Part shown: positions 30,481 through 45,884 of the stretch, piece by piece
Layout of the letters: the number at the start of each line of letters is the position of its first letter
How positions within the stretch are numbered: the first letter of the stretch is position 1
Assembly: GCF_009914755.1 (NCBI RefSeq)
Contig: NC_060930.1
Strand: one strand, 5' to 3'
DNA length: 64,000 bases
DNA from: the human T2T-CHM13v2.0 reference genome, Homo sapiens
Notes under the pieces: generated by a model
What the model was told of the DNA's origin: nothing
Seen by the model: only the letters and a program-made list of their open reading frames with translations
The model's database searches: none
Translations under genes and position numbers: made by a program

Positions 30481-32871
30481 TAAACACAATTTAAACAAAT
30501 TAGAGCCCACACATCCCATACACATACTTCCCATATTAAAGCCCAAACATCTCATATAAACACTTTATTATTTGAAATTCTTGGCCATGGAATATCGTAT
30601 ACTTTCATTTAATTTCTTCACCAACTCTATCCAAAAACAAAAAAAAACCCTTCAATCCCCATATGCACAGATCTTTGTTAGTCATATCTGCTCATGGACT
30701 CAACAAACAGTAATTGAGTCCACTGACTGCATTTCGGAAATCCACACTCATGATCTTCATCTGTATGTTAAATAAATCAGAGCCATCGTGAGAGCATGTC
30801 ATCATGGGGAACACAAGTGGCTGAGTTAGATTCATCAAAAAGATAAAATTTGTTATCATAACAAAGGGCTAACTCACAGAAGCCAAAGAAGATATGTAAA
30901 AGGATTGATCTAAGGATAGTACACTGTGTGTTATACAAGAAATCCTCTGTGTATTTCTTATCTCTAATTTTCTCTGCCTGTCATCTTCATTATTTTCTAT
31001 ATCTCTGCTTTCAGATTCACATAGTACAAAATGGTCCCTGCCAAGATGTTCTCAATTCATCTCTCCTTTGCCCTAGGGCTTCTTTTCCTAGACCAGTCAG
31101 TTGCTTACTGTACACCAGTAAAGTGTTGCCAGGGGATGAGTTCACATTACAGTACATGAACATAGCTACTCCTGATGTGAGCTTATGGAGGGGATGAGGG
31201 AGTGGTGCAGGTGATACACAAAGGATCTGCTGGTCTGCACATCAGACTCAATATTCTCTACTACAAGGAGACAGGATATAAGCCCAGTCCACCTGCTTCG
31301 TTCTTTGACAGTACATTTCATTCAAAATAAGTACAAGTGCAAAAATCTGTGGTAGTAAATCTACTGCACTTTTCTTATGTCTGACACTAATAACCCAAGA
31401 AAAACTATAATAAAATATTTCTGATTTTGAAATTAGCCTGCCACAGTTTGCATGGAAATTTACTACTGGTAAGCCCTTGTTTCTCTATCCCCTTACTCAG
31501 CTTTCTTCGTTTGTATCTTCATAGCAAGAATCACCACCTAATACTGCATATCTGTTTATTATGTGATTATTTTTTCTTTCCTGCTAGAATTAAAACTCAT
31601 AAAGGTAGGGACATTTTTACCTTGCTGACTATTTTATCTGGAATAGTACATAGCACTTAGTAGGAGCTAAATAATTATTTGACAAATGAATGGATACATT
31701 AATTGATGAATTTGATGTCCAAATCTAGGCTGCTTTTGTTTACATAAACCTCTGTTTTCCACTAGTCACATTCTCTGCCTGCTACATGGAGAGGACCATT
31801 ATTCGGGATTTCAGTTCTGCTCTAAACACTTGGATCCTTTCGCAATCAGGGATCTTCAATTTCTCCACTTGGTGTTTTGCTCAACAAATGAAAGTGCCTT
31901 TGAATATTCACACTTGGTCTTCCAAAACCACATCAGCTTTTAGAACAATGTTTCTAGACAATTTATTAGTAACCCTTCAAAGGTGTGCTCCCCAATTTTT
32001 GTGAATGTGTAATTATATTTAAACTGAAATGACATAATGTTTCTGTGTCAAATATTGTAGAGAAAGTTGACCATCTTTGCATACGCTATTTGCCATTTGA
32101 GTTCTTCTGTGAATTGCCTGTTCACCTACTTTCCAACATTGCTATTAGGTTATTTAACTCTTTCTTATTGATTTGAGTAGTACTTTATTTCTTCCCTTGT
32201 GTAATATATGTATTTAAAGTATCTAAATATATTTCATGACTATGTTGTCCAACTTTTGTAATACATATCAACAAATATCTACCTGTTATATCCATTTTTA
32301 AGAAATACATAAAATGTAATAACTTGTACTTTTCTCACCCTTCTTTGCTTTTCTAAACAGTATTTATGTATTTCAACTTTTTAAAGTTTAAATATAATAT
32401 ACTTAAGTGTAGGTTGTTTTTGTTTTTTTAATCCTGCTTGGTATTCTCCTAGATTTGTAATCGGTGATTCGTTGTCTGTCATTAATTTTGGCAAGTTCTC
32501 ACCTGGCTTCTACAACATCAGACTCTTGCGGCTTCCTCAGCACCCAGCTTTTGCAGTGTAGAGCAGCCAGCAACGCCCAGCAGCTTCGTCAGGCATGCAC
32601 ACCCCCTTTAGCAGTTTTACAGCAGAGAGTGACCACCACCACCCCACTTCCATGAACCTTACAGGAACAGCTTTCCCCAACACCCTAGAGGAAGGATTTC
32701 TGACAAGTCCCAGAGGGTGGATTACAGCAAACTACCGCTGGAGCAGCAGTTCAACAACTACCTCTCTGCCATTCAGTGAGCCATGGAAGTGCCTCCCTAA
32801 CAAGGTCTGACCTCACCCTTGGAAAGAAAACTGGAGAAGGCTCCTTCTTGGGTACTCTATCTTAACCTAGG

Positions 32872-33342
32872 TGATGGGTTAATATCGAGTGTCAACTTGA
32901 TTGAATTGAAAGATGCAAAGTATTGTTCCTGGGTGTGTCTGTGAGGGTGTTGCCAAAGGAGATTAACATTTGAGTCAGTGGACTGGGAGAAGCAAGACCC
33001 ACCCTCAATCTGGGTGGGCACCATCTAATCAGCTGCCAGCACCACTAGGATAAAAGCAGGCAGAGGACCGTAGAAGGACTAGACTAGCGGTCTTCCACCC
33101 TTCATTTTTCTCCCTTGCCAGGGGCTCTGAGACCTTCAACCACAGACTGAAGGCTGCACTGTCAGCTTCCCTACTTTTGAGGTTTTGGGACTCGGACTGG
33201 CTTCCTTGCTCCTCAGATTGCAGACGGTCTATTGTGGGACTTCACCTTGTGATCATGTGAGTCAACACGCTTTAATAAACTCCCCTTTATACATACATCT
33301 ATCATATTAGTTCTATCCCTCTAGATAACCCTGACTAATACA
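32872..33342 (+). mobile_element. MLT2A (HERV-L) solo LTR
   Basis: tgatgggttaatatcgagtgtcaacttgattg...ccctgactaataca; 5-bp TSD ctagg at 32867-32871 and 33343-33347. Inserted in an older LTR-like sequence (~32510-33520). Confidence 0.9.
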
Positions 33343-34223
33343 CTAGGGAAGTAGCCATTTCGTATTATATTATATTATGCACTATTATATCTGCCACTGC
33401 TATATTATTTAGAGTTCTCTTTACTTCTTTCTAGCCAATCTCTTATTACTCAGATCTCTTGTTAAGATTCGTATTTCTTTATATTGATCTTTCTCATTTT
33501 ACATTACTGTGTGATTTCCTCTCTCTCCTGACTAGACCCATACTTATAAACCCATTAAATTTCATTCAGGCATGAATCTAGAATAAAAATTATTCTCAGA
33601 CATGCAAAGATTAGAAAAATTTGCTTCCAGAATATCCTTTTTTGGATATTAACAGACGGTGTGTCGTAGCAAAATTAGGTAGTCAAAGCAAGTAAGAGGA
33701 AGATATCAGATACCTGAAACATTATCTTCTACCAAAGAAAACAATGAAGAGAATCCCAAGATGACATCTGCTCAGCAGTCCTGGAAATCATTTCCTTTAG
33801 ATTGAAACTAGAGAACTAAGGGCACCAGGAAGTGGATAAACATGATAAGTATGATCCCATAAATTTTACAGTATTGTTGAGATATTCAAAACATCTGAGG
33901 ATATGATTAAAAAGTAGACTACATATATGAGGGAAAAGAAATTGCAAATAGAACCTTCATAAAAATTAAAAGATGCCCAACAAAGGAAATATATTCTCAA
34001 TAATGAGCACATACGTGTTTAAAAAATACCTGGTTACAAACAAACCATAAATACTATCGGGTTTCAAAATATTAAAGATAAATTATAAATGCCAGAAGTT
34101 GGGATATGAAATAAGGAAAAAAGTAGAGCAGGAAAGAATAGGGTTAGCAGTAGCTTCATCTACAAGGAGAAAACTCAAGAGATCTTGAATATAACTGACA
34201 GAATAATAGAGTACTGTGTTTAA

Positions 34224-34553
<330 letters not shown>

Positions 34554-35699
34554 AAAAATGCAGGGATTACCTACGGAGGAACTAAACATAGTAAGATAAT
34601 AAAATCACAAGAAAGATGTCAGAGACCTAATTTTTGGTGGTTTAAATTATCTGGTTTCATAACAGGAAGTCAATGGATGTCTAAATTAATACCCCCACAT
34701 ACAAAAACATACGCATATTACTGTTAAAGTCATTGAACTGGGGATAATGACAGTGGAGGAAAGGAATGGCGTGAAGGGCTCTTGTTTTCATTAAAATACA
34801 TCTCTATTGTTTAATCTTCAAACTATATACTGATATCCCAATACATTTAAAATAGTAATTGTAAAGTAAAATATCATTCTTACTGAAATATCAAGAATGC
34901 TGCAGATGGTGGCGGAATGTTCAATGTGAAAAAGGATAGTGGCTTGCACTAGAATGACAGCAGTGAAGTTTGTTTTAAGCATGTAATTTTATAGTACCAA
35001 TCTCTTACCTGTGAGAGCATGTAAAAGACTGAGCTCCTCAGTTCTCAAACAAAAGCAGACTTTAACTCCTGCTCCAGCCATGCTTCTTTGCTTCTCAAAC
35101 ATCCAAAACTGCATCTCAGATTGCATCATATTCTGAACACATGGAAGGACGAGTACGGGAAATAAGAGTGGCTGTGTTACCACCCTCAAGGAATCCTGAC
35201 CCCTCAAATCCAGACCTGCCAAGGGGCAAGGAAAAAAGGGAAAGCGGCAGCTCCCTTGAATTTCTAAAGTGCAATGTCCCCACCTACTGGTGAACATGAC
35301 CCAGTTAACATCCCTACAGCTGTCCATGTCCTCCTAAAACAAGAACCTTGAACTTCTTCCAGTAGTATAGAATCCGTGTCCTTTAGCACAGTTCTACACC
35401 AAAAGATAAACAAAATATTAATCCAAAATTTTTACAATGCAATGAGGGTGTGGGAATGATAATTTTAAAATATGCCGCACAAGGTTAGTTTTAAAATAAC
35501 GCCATCGTTAGCATTCCGTTTCCCTAGTATCTATCTACTCCTCACAGCTTCTGCTCAGATTGTCTTCTCTCCATTGTCTCTTCCATCTCCCTGTACAAAC
35601 CTCCTCTCTTACACTGCCTTTCCTGCCAACACACTGCTTCCCCATGTGTTAAGTTGGCAGCCTTTTTTCCCTCTCATTGTTTTCTGGCTTCTGATATTT

Positions 35700-37760
35700 G
35701 AGATAAGAAATTTGATTCCAGTCTGGTTCTCGTCCTTTTATGTGTAAACTGTTTATTTCCTTCTTGGAAGCCAATAGATCATTTTTATTACCATTTTATT
35801 TTCTGATTGTGTAGTAAAAATTTTCATCCCTACAGCTACAGAACTATTTGTATATTTTCATGATTCCACTTGATTCCTTTAAATTGCATGAATCTTATCT
35901 AGCCAGAGACTAAAGTCTTCCTTTCCTTCAGAAAAAAAAAAACTTTGATTTTTTATTGTATCCTATATTTTTTCTATTTTTCCGGCACACCTATTATACA
36001 GCAGTTGGAGATGGCTGTATAGATAGAACTTTCTCAACATATTTTCACAATTTTATGTGTTCCAAGGTAGTTAAAACAGGAATCTGATTTCTTTTGTACT
36101 TTCTTTCCCACCCTCCTATTTTTTTAAGACTCAGAACCACTACTTGAACACTCTAATTGATAACTGCTTAGTTATTTCTCACCTGCCTTAAAGAGTGTTT
36201 CTTCATTATGCTCAAGAATGAGAGCAATTTAAAATGAAATCATTTTAACCTGTCTCCTCAGAGACAAGTTCTGTTGGCTTCTTTTTTTCCTATGTATTAT
36301 GTGTTGGTAAAATTTTCCAGTTTCTTTGCATGTCTTGTAATTTTTGTTTAATATTGATATTTTACATAAATTCTGATTCCACAATCCCTAGGAGTAAGTG
36401 CTCTTGCTGTTTGTTGTTTGTGTTAGTGACTTGCTTGGGCTAGTTCTTCCAAGTCTGTTTCCCCCTAGTATGCAGCCTATGGTGTCTCTGCTAAGTTTGT
36501 TTAATAATTTTTGTTTTCATTATTAAGCCTGATTTCCTACAATCACCCCTGGTCATCATAGCTTAATGTCAGCCTATGACTGATGAAAGATTCTGCTTAA
36601 ACAATTGAGTCAGTAAGGCTTCCACACTTTGCCATTGAACTGAGTGGGATGTGGGAAATGCTTTCAAAGTTCCGGGACTTTACAGGTATGTCCCAATTTT
36701 TACTTTCTGCCTTCACATGTCCTTATATTCAGCCAGGTGTCTCCTGAGCAGGCTTAATCAAGCTGATGCAGACAGCTTTCCACACCACTGGGGATAAATG
36801 AGATTTTAGCAAGGCTATTTTTGACTATCTCATTCTCTGGATCTCCCTGGTAAAATTCCTGACTGGCCTGCCATCATGACTTCAAGCTAGTTGAGATGTT
36901 AGCCTTCCATAATTATTTGCCCTGAGGTCTATGCTGTTTTCTACAAAACGCCAAGACGTTATTTTGAGGGTGTGTGTGTGTGTGTGTGTGCATGCATGTG
37001 CGTGAGCTCTTTTCCAAAAAATGTGTGTGAGCTCCCTCTGGCAGGTTAAGAAGAGCTGTTTAATCCCATGGCCTGTCCTCCCACACAGGTAGAAATTCTG
37101 CACCATAAGTTGGGGTGAAGGAAGTTGGTGAAAGCATACTCTGGCCAAAATAATACTGATTTTGCTGTTTTTATTAGGATTCAGTTTAGATTCTCTTAAC
37201 TAAATGCTTCTCAATGTTCGTATCCTTTGGTCAATTTCCAGAGTCTTTAAATGATTGTTTTTGGCAACTTTGTCCAATGTTCTCACTGCTTTTTAGATTC
37301 GTTGAAATGTTTTGATGTCAATATATGTGGTATATTTTTATGTATTTTCTACGTGAATTTGAAAATAAGCTGTATATAGCATTTGGTACATACACACTTA
37401 GGATTATATGTCTTTTTGATGTATTGACTCTTTTTCATTATGAAAAATTTATCTCCAGTAATATTCCTTATTTGTAAAGTTTTCTTTGTCTGATATTAAT
37501 GTAGCCACTCCAGCTTTCTTGCCCAGTGTATATTTTTTCATCCTTATATTTTTAACCTGTGTCTTCATACTTAAAATGCATTTCTTATGGACAGTGTATG
37601 GTCAAAAGTCTTGCTTATTTATCCAGTTTAGAAATATGCATTTAATGTAATTACTGAAGTACTGGATTTAAGTCTACCCCCTTGCTGCTTTTTGTTTTTG
37701 GCCCATCTGTTCTTTTTCTCTTATTCCTCTTTACTTGCCTTTCTTAGTATATTTTTCTCC
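35700..37760 (-). mobile_element. Highly decayed L1M fragments, with a (TG)n tract at ~36970-36990
   Basis: Antisense L1M motifs (tctgatattaatgtagccactccagctttctt; acacacttaggattatatgtc). Confidence 0.5.
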
Positions 37761-38565
37761 CTCCTAATGGTAACTGAGTAGAAAGATGTCAGAACTTAGG
37801 TCTTTAAGATTTGTGGAAATTTAAAACAATTTTTATTTTATTTTATTTTAGGCAGAGTCTTGCTCTGTTGCCCAAACTGGAGTGCAGTGGCGCACTATTT
37901 GTAGAACTTGAGTGGAAAATCCTAAATAAGAATACCACAGAGGAGAGCCCAAAATTCTGCATTTGAAAGAAATTTGCATGCAGAATAGGGGCCCCTCTTT
38001 GAGTTTTCATGTTTTTTGGGGATTTTTCTCCTCAATAGCAACTAATTCTTTCGGCACCAAACTCCAACCTCCGTCTTCTCTTCCTGGTAAGACTGCATCT
38101 TTCTGCTTGAGCTTTGTTCTACCATCTACTGCTTTAGACTGAAAAGCACTCTCAGGGGAAACTCACAGTAAACGTTGAACTCACCTAGTTACTTTCCTTT
38201 TCTCAATATTTATCTCCTGATGTATTCTGCATGCTTCAAAAGATCTCCAATGATTGCAAATTTTTAAGTCATTTTTATAGATTTCATAATTTTTGTTTCT
38301 AGAAAGGCTAGACGTAGACATATGGTTTTTAATATAAGTAAGTAGCTATAGAAATAAATGTATAGATGTTTATGTGTATGTCCACAAATAGGATCTTAGA
38401 CTTTTGACATTCCCATAGCAATGAGCACACTTAACACACAGATCTTGATCTAGCTTTTTAACCAGACTCTTCTAAAAGAACCCAGAGCTATGACAGATTC
38501 TAGAGCTTGAGAAAAAAAATAAAAGATGATCATAGAAAGTAAGGATATTTAAGAATGGTGGATAC

Positions 38566-38877
<312 letters not shown>

Positions 38878-38949
38878 AAGAATGATGGATACGTGTCAGG
38901 TGTCAGAGATAAGAATATGTTCAAAGAATGGTAGATACATGCTCTTTAC

Positions 38950-40430
38950 ACAGATAGGCAAAAAATAACCAGAAGAAAGAATGCATACCACAAATACCTA
39001 AATCACAATAAATTCAGTATGATCATATTAATAACAAAAAAAAATCTTCATTAAAAATATGTTTTACCAGGAATAAAAATAAAACGAGTCATAATGATGG
39101 AAAAACCATAAGAAGAACATAACTTTTCTAAATATGTATGCATCTAATAATATGACTTAAAAATAAATGATACAAAAATTGACAGAAATGAAAATATAGA
39201 TAAATTTGCAATCGTAATTAGAGATTTTTAAATGCTTCTCTCAATAATTGGTAAAAGAAATGAACAAAAAATCAGGAAAATATATTAAACAGTGGAATAG
39301 CACTAATAATTAAATCAACCTAACTGACACTTATAAGACATTAGACTAGAATATGCAATGGCAAAATACATATTATTTCAGGTGTACATGAAATATCCAT
39401 CAAGATGAACAACATACTGGATCATAAATTTAGTCTCAAGAAATTCAACAGTATGCAAACTGGGTAGGGTATGTTCTCTGACCAAAAAAGATAAAAATAA
39501 AAATACCTCAACTAAATTAGAAAGCAGCACCAAACTGATAACCTGGAAATCCCCTAAATATACAGAAATTAATCAACATACTACCAAATAAGCCATAGGT
39601 CTAAGAGGAAATTACAAAGAAAATTAGAGAATATTTTAAGTGAATGATCATGAAGTTCATTATATCAAAATGTATGAGATAAAGCTGAAAGAGTGCTTGA
39701 AGGGAAATTAGTTTCTTTAAATGTATACATCAGAACTGAAGAGAAGTTTAAAATCAATGGTGTGAGCTTCTACCTTAAGAAGGTAGAAAAAGGAAAGCAA
39801 ACTAAATCTAAAGAAGATAGAAGGTAGAAAGAAGGAATTAAAAAGCAAAGATGTGGAACCAACCCAAATGCCCATCAGTGATAGACTGGATAAAGAAAAT
39901 GTGGCACATATTCACCATGGAATACTATGCAGCCATAAAAAAGAATGAGTTCATGTCCTTTGCAGGGACATGGACGAAGCTGGAAACCATCATCCTCAGC
40001 AAACTAACACAGGAACAGAAAATGAAACACCGCGTGTTCTCACTCATAAGTGGGAGTTGAACAATGAGAGTACATATCCAAGTCTCACATGTCTCAACAA
40101 TGAGAACACACAAGGAGGGGAACATCACAAACCGGGGCCAGTTGGGGAGTGGAGGGAAAGAAAAGGGTGAGCATTGGACAAATACCTAATGCATGCAGGT
40201 CTTAAAACCCAGATGATGGATTGACTGGTGCAGCAAACCACCATAGCGCATGTATACCTATGTAACAAACCTGCATGTTGAGCACATGTATCCCAGAACT
40301 TAAAGTAAAATAAATAAAAAAAAGAAATGATTAAATGTGGCAAAGACAAATAAAAGAAAGAAGGAATTAATAAAAATGAAACCAGACAACAATGAAACAG
40401 AAAACCAGCAAACAGAAAAATTAACAAAGC
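38950..40430 (+). mobile_element. Old L1M endonuclease region with a nested L1PA 3' end (~39850-40325)
   Basis: L1M EN motifs; younger insert [19 protein letters not shown]... followed by a 3' UTR ending cttaaagtaaaataaat. Confidence 0.85.
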
Positions 40431-40431
40431 T

Positions 40432-41381
<950 letters not shown>

Positions 41382-41382
<1 letters not shown>

Positions 41383-41534
41383 TATGTATTATCATGCAAA
41401 TAAAGACTTACTAATAGTGTGAAGACATAAGCTTGAATAAGAGCGACAGCGAACTCGAGAATAGTTAGTAGAATTAGAATAATAAGAGATACTGAAGTTG
41501 CAGAGACACTAATAATTGATAATATTAGCACTGC
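41382..41534 (-). pseudogene. NUMT: 3' end of MT-ATP6
   Basis: ...[28 protein letters not shown] with the TAATG one-base overlap into COX3, as in mtDNA. Confidence 0.92.
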
Positions 41535-42908
41535 ACTGCGACTGTGGTCGGCGATTATCCCACTTCCAGGGCCAATCAGGCTAACAAATTATTTCAAACC
41601 TATTACAACTCCCTACAATGCTTCAAGCCCCAAGGCACCCCCGTTGGAGGGCCTATAACTAAACACTCCCTCCTTTTACAATAAGCCTCACTTTGCTTTT
41701 CAGCCTCTGAAGGAAATTTCCCTGTAGGATCCTTCACACCTAACCAATGCAACCGCACTATCATTATTAAACACCCCTCTAACCATCAGACTAACCAAGC
41801 TGACTACCAAGTATCACCTGAAGCAAATGGAATGTTTCTGCATCTGGCTTGTTTTACAGCCTATCCCCTAACCAATGCCTCTGAACTAACTTGTGCTGTC
41901 CCTGGTTCCCACCTTTTTCCATGGCTCAATGTCAATGATGCAACATCTGATCACATTAAACGTGTAAAAAATAACTCTTGCTATATCTCTACTATAGTGG
42001 ATGTCTCTCTGGCCTCCTCCTTGTCCATCTGGAGTAATGAACCGCAGGAAAGAAACAACATCCAATTTTTAACACACTTATTCTCTTTCCATATCTCTGC
42101 CTGTATTTACGACAAAGGCTTGTTCTTTTTGTGTGGCACCAACACATATCTTTGTCTCCCCACCAACCGGACCGGAACCTGTTCTCTAGTTTATCTTTCC
42201 CCTTCCATTGGACTAGTTCCTCCTCATCAACCTTTGTCTATCCCATCCACCCAATATGTTAGGAAAAGGAGAGCCATCCACATCATTCCTTAATGGCCGC
42301 CTTGGGTATAAGCTCTGGACTTAGAGAGGGAGCAGGTGGATTAGCCACATACTTTAAGGTTCTTTCAACAGAACTACAGGGATCTCTAGAAGATATAGCC
42401 TGAAGCCTTGTAAGAGTCCAAGACCAACTAGACTCCTTAGCTGGTGCAGTCCTCCAGAACAGACAGAGACTAGATCTTATAATGGTTGAAAAAGAGGGCA
42501 TCTGCCTCTCACTGGGTGAGGAAAGTTGTTTCTGTCTCAACCAGTCGGGCCCAGTAAGAGGTGCTGCCGAAAAACTTAAAGAAAGGGCTAAAAAGCTAAG
42601 GGAATACCAACACAGTCAAATAGATTCTTGGTTTGGGAACAAAATCATAGCATGAGTCACCCCATTCCTGGGCCCTCTCCTAATGATATGCCTAGGACTA
42701 GTGTTCTTACCCTGCCTAATTAATCTTTTTCAAAGATTTTTAACCAACAGGATCATGGCCATTTCACAGACAACTACCCAAAAACATCTACAGATGGCAT
42801 TACTCCTACAGTCAATCCGAGACCAGAAAACTCTCCACACTCCTCTCAGCAGGAATTAGCCAGAAAGAACACACCGTCCTCATCCTTTTATAACTATAGG
42901 ATCTGGAT
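41535..42908 (+). mobile_element. Decayed gammaretrovirus-like (HERV-F group) env fragment
   Basis: SU C-terminus FFLCGTNTYLCLPTNRTGTCSLVYL, furin site RKRR (42261-42272), frameshifted fusion peptide, ISD LQNRQRLDLIMVEKEG, CX6C motif CLSLGEESCF, TM GPLLMICLGLVFLPCLINL; contains stops. Confidence 0.92.
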
Positions 42909-43378
42909 TGACAGAGCAGGAGCATTGCCATCTTGGACAAGCACCACCATTTTAAAGTTCCCCTTGATCAAAAGCCACCTAAATCCAACCCAAAGGGCAT
43001 CAGCCTAATGGCTAATGGCAGCATGACCTTAAACCACAAATGATACCTCTGACCAGAAACATTCCAACCCTGAGATAAACCCCTCTCCAACCAGAGACAC
43101 ACCAGCCCCAAGATAACCTCCCCTCTGACCGGAGAGATGCCAACCCCAAGATAACCTCCCCTCCAACCAGAGACATTCCAACCCCACAATAAAGTTCTCC
43201 TCCACACAGAAACATTCAAGCCTTTTGCCCCAAACCCTTAAATACTCTTAGTCTGTAAGAGAGAGGGCTCCTGACTGAAATCAGACAGCAGCCCTCTCAG
43301 GTTTATTCTCCAAAATAAACCTGTCTTTGACTGTTGAGCCACTTTTTGTGTTTCTTTCCTCTTTCTTTAACTCTTACA
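42909..43378 (+). mobile_element. 3' LTR (LTR19-like)
   Basis: TG...CA ends, ~35-40 bp internal tandem repeats (43050-43220), TATA-like cttaaatac, AATAAA at ~43314. Confidence 0.85.
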
Positions 43379-43877
43379 ATAACACTGTGTGTATCACTAT
43401 TTGGATTAACATAAATGAGAAAGGAGAGATAGAGACCGTGAACTAGGAAAATGGATGTGCATCATTTGGTGGAAGTATAAACACAATCTAAATTTACTCC
43501 ATGCTCAAGCTCATAAATTATGATTATTGACAACATTATAATTTAGGTTGTTTTTATTTTGTGGAACTTTGTAGATTAACTAAGATTTCATTAATATAGT
43601 ATTTTATATTTACATGCAATGTAATCCTTTAGTAACCACAAAGTAGGTTGTTGAGAGGACCCACGATGTCATACATATAAAACACTTAGACTATTTTATG
43701 ACATACATAGGCCTCAAATAAATGTTATCTAAGGGTATGACTTATATAATCTGTACTTGGGGCTCCAGTTTCAATGCCCAAACTCTGGGAACCAAGTGTG
43801 GTCTACACTGAACATCATTTTTGCTTAAACTTGTTAGTCTTATACATCTTTACACCAATTCTAAGCATTAACGCTGC

Positions 43878-43906
43878 TTTCTTTTTCTTTCTTTTCTTCC
43901 TTTCTT

Positions 43907-43937
<31 letters not shown>

Positions 43938-43958
43938 TTCTTCCTTCCTTCTTTCCTT
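43878..43958. repeat. CT-rich simple repeat
   Basis: (TTTC)/(TC)n run. Confidence 0.9.
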
Positions 43959-43964
43959 AATTGT

Positions 43965-44690
43965 GGGAAAATAGAAATAAACTAAAACTCATCATTTTCA
44001 CCTTTTTAAGTGTACAGTTCAGTGGCATTAAATACATTCACACTGTTGTACACAATAACCACCACAGATCTCCAGAACTTTTCCTCATCCCAAACTGGAA
44101 CTCTGTAACCATAAACAACTCCTTATTCCCTCCTCCTCCCAGCCACTAGTGACCACCATTCTACTTTCTGTCTCTGACCACTCAAGGTGGTTTCATAAGG
44201 TAGAATCATACAATATCCGCCTTTTTTGTGACTGGCTTATTTCACTTAGCATAATGTCTTTACATTTCATCTGAGTTATAGTATATTTTCAGAATTTCCT
44301 TCCTTTTTAAGACTGAATAATATTCCATTGTATGTTTATACCACATTTTGCTTTTCCAGGCATCCATTGATGGAGATTTGTTTGTTTGTTTGTTTGTTTG
44401 TTTCACCTTTTGGCTACCGTTAATGTTTGTGCTATGAACATGGGTATACAAATGTATGTTCAAGTCTCTGCTTTCAGTTTTTTTGGATATATGACCAGAA
44501 GTGGAATCATGGCATCATATGATAATTGTATGTCTAAAGTTTTTGAGATATGGCTCTACCTTTTTCCACAACAGCTGCATCATTTTACATTCCTGCTAGC
44601 AAGGCACAAGGGTTCCAATTTCTCCACATCCACACCAACACTTATATTCTCTTTTTTCCTTTTGAATAATAGCCACCCTAACGTGTGTAT
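43965..44690 (-). mobile_element. L1MB-like 3' end
   Basis: aagtgtacagttcagtggcattaaatacattcac; gactggcttatttcacttagcataatg. Confidence 0.85.
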
Positions 44691-45884
44691 GCACAACTAC
44701 ACATAAAAAAAAGGTGAATCTCGTAAAAGCAATATTTATCAAAGGAAAGAAACAAATCCAATAAATTATTTTATTTATATAAAATTTAGGACCATGCACA
44801 CATTTTTAAAAAGTAAATAATTAGCACAAAATCAGAGTAATGTTTTCCTCCAAGGGAAAGATGGTAGGTAGAAGGTGCACACAGAGGGCTTCTAGGAAGC
44901 TGGATAAGCTTTTTAGTCTGCGTCATTAATTTTTATTAAACTCTATATACATGTTTATGCAACTCTGTGCTTAAGTTATGTGTCAGTCTAAAAGAAACGC
45001 TACTATTAAATCCTCAATTATGAAAGTCTTACTCTTCAGTCATGAGCTGAAGAATAGCAATACAAGTTGTTGATCGCTCTACTGGATAGAAATCCAGGAT
45101 AAGAAATACAAATTGAATTTACTCTGAGAAATTTATCTTTCAAGACATATGAAGTATTTAAACTTAAGAGAGGTGAAGAACCTTTTTACTAATATAAATT
45201 TAAGATCCAATTCCCTTCAAAGATGTGGACTTTAGGGAAAAAATTAATTGTTGTTAAGGATTATGGTGATTATGGTGATTCTGCTCCATAGCAGCTTCAT
45301 TAAAGGACCTAGTCTAAGTTCAAGATTAAAAGGTTATATGAAGCATATGTGTAAGAGCAGGACAGAGAAAAATAGCAAAAATATCTTCTTTTGAACCATG
45401 GGACTCTTTGTGAAGAAGTTTTATGGTGGCAAAGCCTCAAGAAGAACATCACCAGTGATGTTTTGTGGCAAGTTATATATATTAAAGTTAGTAAAGTTCG
45501 GAAATTGAATATGGTAGGCCTCTTGTGTATAACACAAAGCAAGACAATGAGGAAGAAGTAGGTATTTCATGGAAAAATAAAATACCCTGAGAAGACAAAA
45601 AGAGGGAGGGGAAGTGAATCATTGGTATAGTGAGTTACTAAAAGTGGCAAAATAGAGAATTAAAAATAATAAATAAGGCTTTTGTATCCTGCAGCTCAGA
45701 AGGATATGTTTGGTCCAGATTTCACCCCTGCAGATAAGCATTGAAAAAGGCATGAATGTGAAAGTGTGGTTTTGAGTAGCTTCATCAAAATTGTTTTCTC
45801 TTGAATTTTACGTTGACTAAAACAAATCTGGATCTAAGCAAATTGTTTTATATTGTGTTGTGAAATTGTCAAAGATAAAAACTC

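Noticed and set aside
34989-35327. 112-aa minus-strand ORF with a CAG|GTAAGA donor-like site near 35008
   Set aside because: No recognisable homology or partner exon; a lncRNA exon cannot be shown from sequence alone.
41832-42293. 153-aa env ORF as a possible domesticated (syncytin-like) gene
   Set aside because: No signal peptide, frameshift just after the furin site, stops in TM, no 5' LTR.
43050-43220. Regularly spaced ~35-40 bp repeats (CRISPR-like appearance)
   Set aside because: Degenerate tandem repeats of an LTR U3 region in human DNA; no unique spacers or cas genes.
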